Origin: an uncultured Pseudomonadota bacterium | GTDB lineage: Bacteria; SAR324; NAC60-12 | NCBI GenBank assembly: GCA_913020725.1 | Contig: CAJWCD010000110.1 | Span: forward strand, 1 to 12,166 | DNA: 12,166 bases | Direction of reading: 5' to 3' | Part shown: positions 6,244-12,166 of the stretch, one piece after another | Position numbering within the stretch: position 1 is the first letter of the stretch | How the letters are laid out: every line of letters starts with the position of its first letter | Notes under the pieces: generated by a model | Databases searched by the model: none | The model's input: the letters and a program-made list of their open reading frames with translations, nothing else | What the model was told of the DNA's origin: nothing | Made by a program: the position numbers and the translations under genes

Positions 6244-8084
6244 TGCCGAAGGATTCCGAACTGCTGCTGCTCTCCGCCAACCGCTTTTTTGCGGAAGGAG
6301 TTCACCTCGACCACAAACAGCGCAGAGTCATTGACCACCAGTTGGTGTGGACTCCTCCAGCAACAACTGGCCTAGCAGAAGGCGAACATCAGCCGCCAGC
6401 CCCTGCTTCCACAAGCTTTGACCTCACAGGTGCCCTCACTCGACTGCTTGAATCGTCCGGTTGGCAAGGACTGCCGGTGGTGCTGGTCTTGCCTGCGAAT
6501 GAGCTGATCTTCCGGAAATTGTACTTCCCGTTTTCCGATGCCCGCAAGATCAGCAAAGCGTTGCCCTTTGAACTTGAAAGCGAACTGGTCGAGGACTTCG
6601 CACAACTGGAGTACACGCACCACCTCCAGCCTGAAGGCGAGGGGACACAAGTTTTGGCGGCGTTGGTGCCACAAGTGCTGCTGGAGTCTGCCGGAGAAGT
6701 TTTCTTTGAACACGACCTGCACTTGCGCAGCATTGACCATGCGGCGGTCGCTCTGCACCTGATGCGTCCGCTGACGGAAGGGGAGTCCGGCTTTCTTGGT
6801 TATGTGGGTCCGGAGGAGGCGTTTGTCGTGGTCATCCGGGAAGGCAAGCTGACCAACATCGTCCACTTCGCCCACGGGATGGGCAAGCTGCTGCAAACTC
6901 ATGGCGACACGCTGTCCACGCTGCCCCAGTTCCTCGGTGGTTTGGCGAATCACGGCAACGAAGCCAGTGCTGCGCTGGATGCCGCAGGGCTTTCCGGAGC
7001 CGATGAATTTCAACAGGAACTCGCTTGGCTTGCGGCTCAGTTCACCCGCACCTTCCGGTTACAAGGATTAGTCGCCGAATCCGAAATCCGCTTTCACGGT
7101 GTCTTCAGTCCCTTCCTGAAGTGGGACGGACTTGCGGTGCGGCTCCGGAAATTACCGCTGCCCGAAGCCGACGATTTTCTGCAAAGTGTTCCGGACAGCC
7201 CCGGAGCGCCTTCCGAGCCAAGCGACGAGGCCGAAGATGCACTGGACCTGCTGTTTGAGGAGGAATTTGACGAGGCTCCGGATGCCCCTGGCAAGAGCCC
7301 AGAAACGCTCGCGGAACTCAAGCAACAGGCCAAAACACGAGATCAGGAGACGCCGGACGAAGCCGACGATTTTCCTTCAGATGTGGAAACCCTCCCCATG
7401 CTTGCCGAAGCTGGGCTGCCTCCGGAGAGTGGAACTCCCAGCTTGAAGGCGTTGGAAGGCCGCAAAGCATGGGGCATCACGGGTGATCTGCATACCCTCG
7501 CCTCGCTGCTTCAGGACGCTCACCCGCTGCGACTGTTCACGCAAACACTGCCGTGGCGCCGCTTTCTGAAGCGGCACCGCTGGGGCTTGGCAATGACGGC
7601 GTTGCTGCTCGTTGCGGTTGTGAGTATTTTTGGGTATCGCCTGCACAACGCCAAAACTCTGCTCCAGCAGGAAATCGCACAAAGTGAGCAGCAGGTTCGT
7701 ACACAGCTCAAGCAGGTGCTGGGTTCACCCAGCGCCACCACGATTCCGGGGCAACTGCAGGAGTTGCGCACGTTCATCGAAAAACGCCACCAACAGATTG
7801 AAGTCAGCCAGTCCTTTCTGCAACGCGACTACCGGATGCTCGATTTTCTCAAGCGCTTTTCCGGGCTGCTTGAACAAGAACCCGGTTCCGGAGTGTACCG
7901 CATTGACCGCCTCGAATACGGCGAGGCCCGCTTTTCGATCAGCGGCCTGATCAACAGTTACGACCGGCTACAGTTGCTCAAAACCCGGCTCAAGGCGCTT
8001 CCGGAATTCACGGATAAGCGCATGGTCGAAAGCAACCGCAAGAGTCCCGACGGCATCGTTTTCCGCATCAGCATTGATTTATAA
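6243..8084 (+). CDS. gspL: GspL-like (PilM-PilN-type) inner-membrane platform protein of a T2SS/type IV pilus, 613 aa
   Basis: ATG 6243 overlaps the recB stop (TGATG). Actin-like cytoplasmic motif VVLVLPANELIFRKLYFPFSD.RKISKALPFELE, long acidic linker, single TM helix WGLAMTALLLVAVVSIFGY (~7581-7637), coiled coil, then PilN/GspL-like C-terminal domain (IDRLEY....FSISG..NSYDRLQLLKTRL..LPEF). Confidence 0.7.
   Translation: MPKDSELLLLSANRFFAEGVHLDHKQRRVIDHQLVWTPPATTGLAEGEHQPPAPASTSFDLTGALTRLLESSGWQGLPVVLVLPANELIFRKLYFPFSDARKISKALPFELESELVEDFAQLEYTHHLQPEGEGTQVLAALVPQVLLESAGEVFFEHDLHLRSIDHAAVALHLMRPLTEGESGFLGYVGPEEAFVVVIREGKLTNIVHFAHGMGKLLQTHGDTLSTLPQFLGGLANHGNEASAALDAAGLSGADEFQQELAWLAAQFTRTFRLQGLVAESEIRFHGVFSPFLKWDGLAVRLRKLPLPEADDFLQSVPDSPGAPSEPSDEAEDALDLLFEEEFDEAPDAPGKSPETLAELKQQAKTRDQETPDEADDFPSDVETLPMLAEAGLPPESGTPSLKALEGRKAWGITGDLHTLASLLQDAHPLRLFTQTLPWRRFLKRHRWGLAMTALLLVAVVSIFGYRLHNAKTLLQQEIAQSEQQVRTQLKQVLGSPSATTIPGQLQELRTFIEKRHQQIEVSQSFLQRDYRMLDFLKRFSGLLEQEPGSGVYRIDRLEYGEARFSISGLINSYDRLQLLKTRLKALPEFTDKRMVESNRKSPDGIVFRISIDL
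7163..7374 (+). repeat. Exact 17-bp direct repeat CGAAGCCGACGATTTTC at 7163-7179 and 7358-7374
   Basis: Both copies encode EADDF and are 195 nt (65 codons) apart, bracketing most of the acidic linker. Confidence 0.8.
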
Positions 8085-8095
8085 TTCTCACGCCC

Positions 8096-11000
8096 ATGTC
8101 CACAAAAAACACAACTCCCGCCAAAACAACAAATTCGTCTGCCCTTGCCCAAGGTTATTTCCGACAGCCCGATGTGCAGGGCGAACGGGTGGTGTTCCAG
8201 AGCGAGGACGACCTTTGGGAAGTTCCACTCGTCGGTGGAACCGCCCGCCGTCTCACCAATTCTCGTAGCGAGACCCGTAGTCCCCGGATTTCTCCGGACG
8301 GCGCTTGGATCGCCCTCTGCGCGATGGAGGAGGGCGACCACGACGTGTACCTCATGCCCACCTCTGGAGGGGAGATGCAGCGGCTCACTTGGTTGAACTC
8401 CGTCACCCATGTGGTTGGGTGGTCCCCAGATGGACAGGACGTGCAATTCGTCAGTGTCCACGAGTCAATCCATCACCGAGGGGCCGATGCGTGGATTTAT
8501 CGCGTTTCGTCCGCAGGCGGACCGGTGGAGTGCTTGCCGTATGGCCCAGCAATGACGGTCAGTTATCAGGAGCCAAAGCAAAAGGCAGAAGGTAGCAACC
8601 GACAGCCGACAACCGACAACCGACAACCCACCAAAAGTGGCCTCGTGCTGGGCCGCAACTCGCTCGCCAACTCGCGCTGGAAACGCTATGCGGGGGGCAT
8701 GGTTGGCGAGCTTTGGATCGACGCCAAGGGCAGCGGTGCCTTTCAGCGCATCCTCAAAGACCTGCCCGGAAACCCCGTGCGTCCCCAATGGATTTGCAAC
8801 CGCATCTGGTTTGTCTCGGACCACGAGGGCATCGGCAACCTCTACTCCTGTAACCCGGACGGCAGCGACCTCCAGCCCGAGTCCTTCCAGCAGGAATACT
8901 ACGTCCGGGAACCCGCCTCCGACGGCAGGCATGTGGTTTTCCATGTTGGCGGCGATCTTTGGCGCATTGACGTGCAGCAACCACGCAGTCCGAAACGCGA
9001 ACAACGCATTAACATCCAGTGGGCGACGCAGCGCTCCCGGGTACAGCGCCGCTTCTTTTTTGGGGATCACTACTGGGAGGACATTGACCTTCATCCGGAT
9101 GGGCACGGTGTCGCGCTCACAGCGCGGGGCAAGCTCTTCGGGATGCCGCTCTGGGAACTCGCCGCCACACAGCTTGGGGTGCGGGACGGGGTGCGTTATC
9201 GACTCCAGCGTTGGCTACCGGACAGTCGCGTGGCCGTGATTTCTGACGCGAAAGGGCAAGAGCGGCTGGAGGTATTTGCGATGGAACCCACCCTTGAACC
9301 TGCGGCCCGTTTCCGGTTACCTCCCGGACGAGTGCAGGACTTGGTGGTGTCGCCCCGGCATCCCCACCTCGTGATGACCACCAGCCGCATGGAACTTTGG
9401 TGGATGAACGCCAACACGGGACGCTTGCGGCGGCTGGATCACTCCACAGTTTCTGAAATCGGCGATCCCGCCTTTTCCCCGGATGGCCACTGGCTGGCGT
9501 ACAGCAAGAACCTCAGCGTGGAACTCCAAGCGATCTTCCTCATCGACCTCGGCGTCCAGAAGGAGGGCAAGGCGATTCGTCCGCACTCTCCCGTGCAAGT
9601 CAGCGATCCTGTGCGCTACGACTTCACCCCCTCGTGGGATCCGGAGGGGCACTGGCTCTATTTCCTCTCGTCACGCACCTACAACCCAATTTGGGACACG
9701 GTGCAGACGGCAACCACGTTTTCCCGTTCCATCAAGCCCTACCTCATCACGCTTCAGAAGGACACGCCTAACCCCTTTTTGGAGTTGCCCCGTCCTCCTG
9801 GAATCAAGGACGAACCACCCCCGACTCCGGCTGCCCCCGACAGCAAGCCAGAGGAACCCGATCCCCAAGGGGTTAAATTCCCCAAAAAAAGTGCAGCACC
9901 CCCCGATCCCCCCTCCATTCCCCAGATCCACATCGATCTGGAAGGCATCAAAAATCGGGTGGTCGAGTTTCCGGTGCCGGAAAGCCTTTACGAGCAGGTC
10001 GTTGGGTTGCCCAACCGCGTCCTCTTCACCGAATACCCCATCCGTGGTGCGATGGACGAAGCTCCGGACAACCCGAATCAGGAAGAGGGTTTGCTCTGGG
10101 TTTGGGATTTCGAGAAAGGCGAGCGGGAAACACTAGCGCAAGATGTGGGAACCCTGCAGGTTTCGGTGTCGGGCCGCACCCTGCTCTACACTTCGGGCAC
10201 ACGAGTGCGGGTGTTGGAAGCGGGTGTGGCGGTTCCAGAGGATGGCGACGAAACACCCTCGCGCCGCACGGGTTGGCTGGATTTGTCCCGAGTCCGCATT
10301 TCCATCAACTACCCGCAGGAGTGGGCGCAGATGTTCCGGGAGACGTGGCGGCTTCAGCAGGAATTTTTCTGGACTGAAGACATGTCCGGGGTGGACTGGC
10401 AACGAGTGTTCAAGCGTTACGAAAAGTTGCTGCCGCGCATTAGCTCACGTTCGGAACTCTCGGATCTGATTTGGGAAATGCAGGGAGAACTCGGCACCTC
10501 CCATGCTTACGAATACGGCGGGGATTACCCGTTCAGTCCGCGCTATCCGGTGGGCTGGCTGGGGGCAGATCTGGAGTATGATTCGGAACGCACCGCATGG
10601 ATTTTTCAGCGCATTTACGCCGGAGATTTGTGGTGCCGCAACGGGCATTCCCCACTGGCAGAACCCGGAGTGCTGGTGCAGCAGGGCGACTTGCTGCTGG
10701 AAGTTGCCGGGATGCCGCTGGACGCCCAAACCACCCCCGGGGAACTGCTCGTCAATCAGGCCGGAGAACAGATCATCCTCACGGTTGCATCACAGGACGC
10801 ACCGGACAAGCGACGCCACTTGGTGGTCCGCACGCTTGCCTCCGAGCGCAATACCCGCTACCGCGAGTGGGTGCAGGCGAATGCGAAGTTTGTTTCCGAG
10901 GCAACCTCCGGACGAGTGGGCTACCTCCACATTCCGGACATGGCGGAACTGGGCATTGCGGAGTTCCATCGAGGCTACCTTGCGCAGGTGGGTCGCGACG

Positions 11001-11521
11001 GTCTCATCATTGACGTGCGCTACAATGCCGGGGGCATGGTCTCCCCGTTGATTCTGGAAAAACTGATGCACCGACATCTTGGTTACGACGTGCCGCGCTG
11101 GGGGACTCCGGAATCCTACCCCTACCACACCTTACGCGGTCACCTGCTGGCACTCACCAACCAGTTCGCAGGTTCCGATGGCGACATGTTCACTGCGAGC
11201 TTCCGGGAATTGGGTTTGGGTCCAGTGGTGGGCAAACGCACTTGGGGCGGGGTGATCGGCATTGACAGTCGCTACCAACTGGTGGATGGCACCACCACCA
11301 CCCAACCGCAATACTCCATCTGGTTTCACCACGCGGGTTGGTCGGTTGAAAACTACGGAGTCGATCCGGACATCGAGGTGGAGGATTCTCCGCAGTCTTA
11401 TCAGGAAGGACGGGATTTGCAGCTCGAACGCGCCGTTGAGGTGATGCTGAAACGTCTGGAGGACGAGCCGATCACCCCGATACGGTTTGACCAGCCGCCA
11501 CGACGCCCACTGCCGAAGTAG
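8096..11521 (+). CDS. tri: Tricorn protease homolog (peptidase S41; beta-propellers, C1, PDZ, C2), 1141 aa
   Basis: GYFRQPDV.GERVVF.SEDDLW start, PD40-type repeats (PRISPDG, WSPDG, FSPDGHWLAY, WDPEGHWLYFLS), KRY.GG, EW.QMF.E.WR, GELGTSHAY (His803), LGAD, PDZ, GYLHIPDM, IIDVRYNAGG, AGSDGD (Ser1027), GKRTWGG, ENYGVDPDIEV, D.QLERAV. No signal peptide. Confidence 0.95.
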   Translation: MSTKNTTPAKTTNSSALAQGYFRQPDVQGERVVFQSEDDLWEVPLVGGTARRLTNSRSETRSPRISPDGAWIALCAMEEGDHDVYLMPTSGGEMQRLTWLNSVTHVVGWSPDGQDVQFVSVHESIHHRGADAWIYRVSSAGGPVECLPYGPAMTVSYQEPKQKAEGSNRQPTTDNRQPTKSGLVLGRNSLANSRWKRYAGGMVGELWIDAKGSGAFQRILKDLPGNPVRPQWICNRIWFVSDHEGIGNLYSCNPDGSDLQPESFQQEYYVREPASDGRHVVFHVGGDLWRIDVQQPRSPKREQRINIQWATQRSRVQRRFFFGDHYWEDIDLHPDGHGVALTARGKLFGMPLWELAATQLGVRDGVRYRLQRWLPDSRVAVISDAKGQERLEVFAMEPTLEPAARFRLPPGRVQDLVVSPRHPHLVMTTSRMELWWMNANTGRLRRLDHSTVSEIGDPAFSPDGHWLAYSKNLSVELQAIFLIDLGVQKEGKAIRPHSPVQVSDPVRYDFTPSWDPEGHWLYFLSSRTYNPIWDTVQTATTFSRSIKPYLITLQKDTPNPFLELPRPPGIKDEPPPTPAAPDSKPEEPDPQGVKFPKKSAAPPDPPSIPQIHIDLEGIKNRVVEFPVPESLYEQVVGLPNRVLFTEYPIRGAMDEAPDNPNQEEGLLWVWDFEKGERETLAQDVGTLQVSVSGRTLLYTSGTRVRVLEAGVAVPEDGDETPSRRTGWLDLSRVRISINYPQEWAQMFRETWRLQQEFFWTEDMSGVDWQRVFKRYEKLLPRISSRSELSDLIWEMQGELGTSHAYEYGGDYPFSPRYPVGWLGADLEYDSERTAWIFQRIYAGDLWCRNGHSPLAEPGVLVQQGDLLLEVAGMPLDAQTTPGELLVNQAGEQIILTVASQDAPDKRRHLVVRTLASERNTRYREWVQANAKFVSEATSGRVGYLHIPDMAELGIAEFHRGYLAQVGRDGLIIDVRYNAGGMVSPLILEKLMHRHLGYDVPRWGTPESYPYHTLRGHLLALTNQFAGSDGDMFTASFRELGLGPVVGKRTWGGVIGIDSRYQLVDGTTTTQPQYSIWFHHAGWSVENYGVDPDIEVEDSPQSYQEGRDLQLERAVEVMLKRLEDEPITPIRFDQPPRRPLPK
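8578..8630 (+). repeat. Heptamer tandem repeat inside the tricorn gene
   Basis: CAACCGA CAGCCGA CAACCGA CAACCGA CAACCCA (8596-8630), preceded by GCAAAAG GCAGAAG (8578-8591); encodes QKAEGSNRQPTTDNRQPT. Confidence 0.85.
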
Positions 11522-11530
11522 AGCCGAATG

Positions 11531-11557
11531 CCGCCAGTCAAGGTCTTGACCCCGCGG
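11531..11557. terminator. Hairpin between convergent genes, possible bidirectional terminator or pause site
   Basis: CCGC-CA-GTCAAG-GT-CTTGAC-CCC-GCGG in the 37-nt gap between the two stop codons; no U-tract on either strand. Confidence 0.35.
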
Positions 11558-11558
11558 A

Positions 11559-12110
11559 CTACCCGGTGATGGGGATCTGGAAAAGGGCCGGTGGAAAATT
11601 CAGCGGTGCCTTCAGGTCGCCCCCCCAAACAATCACAAACCGCAAGATCGTTCCTCCGGTTAGAATTGAGGCGAACTTAACGGTGGCGACCAGATTTTCA
11701 AAAGGCCGGATGATTTTCCTGAAAAACATCTCAACGAACGTGAGAAGCAGGGGGAGGGACAACCCGACCCCGATGATGCCCCACCAAAACCAGTTGGCCA
11801 AGGCACCCTGAGTCACATACTCGTAGGCCATCACACTCCCGTTCGGAACCACAAACTGTCCGGAGGCATCGAGTTTCGCCGGATTGGACGCAAGATACCG
11901 CATGAAAAGGTTGATTTCCAACAACTCCACCAGAATCACAGCCAAAATCCCGTAGCTGAGAACCTCCAGCACTCCATTGGTCTCCTTGGGGCTGGTGCTG
12001 AGGAAGACCCGGAAAAACACGAACATCAATCCGGCGCCGGCCATTCCGGTCAAGACTCCTGAGTTGAGAAACAAGGTCGGAAGGTACTGCTGAGACCACA
12101 AGGGGACAAA
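11559..12110 (-). pseudogene. nrfD: 3' part of an NrfD/PsrC (polysulfide reductase-type) membrane anchor gene, 5' part missing or interrupted
   Basis: FVPLWSQQYLPTLFLNSG..TG, several hydrophobic helices, FWWGIIGVGLSLPLLL, LTGGTILRFVIVWGG match the C-terminal half of NrfD-family proteins. In-frame upstream sequence is hydrophilic (KFRSVGDGRLPTG) with TGA at 12150-12152. Confidence 0.7.
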
Positions 12111-12166
12111 CCCGGTTGGGAGGCGACCGTCACCAACGCTGCGGAACTTTCAATTCTTGCGGCGTC
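12108..12166. mobile_element. Possible terminus of an inserted element interrupting the nrfD-like gene
   Basis: No minus frame continues NrfD-like hydrophobic sequence; subterminal hairpin GTTGGTGACGGTCGCCTCCCAAC on the minus strand, then CGGGTTT, then GTCC at the junction. No transposase visible. Confidence 0.3.

Noticed and set aside
8596..8630. Repeats as a CRISPR array
   Set aside because: 7-nt tandem units without spacers; no cas genes in the window.
12115..12152. In-frame TGA followed 12 nt later by a hairpin, resembling Sec codon plus SECIS
   Set aside because: The read-through peptide (RRKN*KFRSVGDGRLPTG) is hydrophilic and does not match the NrfD helix expected there; NrfD is not a selenoprotein family I know of.

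Overview
Bacterial chromosomal segment with GC-rich coding regions, possibly from a deltaproteobacteria/SAR324-like lineage (inference only). On the minus strand an NtrB-like PAS histidine kinase is followed by tRNA-His(GUG), a YqgE/AlgH (DUF179) gene and tRNA-Arg(UCG); the yqgE stop codon lies inside the tRNA-Arg gene. The divergent intergenic region holds an ~82-bp element with inverted ends flanked by 9-10-bp direct repeats. On the plus strand is an apparent three-gene operon: recB (no recC/recD adjacent), a GspL/PilM-PilN-like membrane protein coupled by TGATG, and a tricorn (S41) protease. A convergent NrfD/PsrC-type gene is broken off near the right edge by unrelated sequence. The most notable pattern is small repeat DNA (heptamer tracts, a REP palindrome, a second REP-like inverted repeat) sitting in frame in protein linkers, plus an extra ~60-aa module in RecB.
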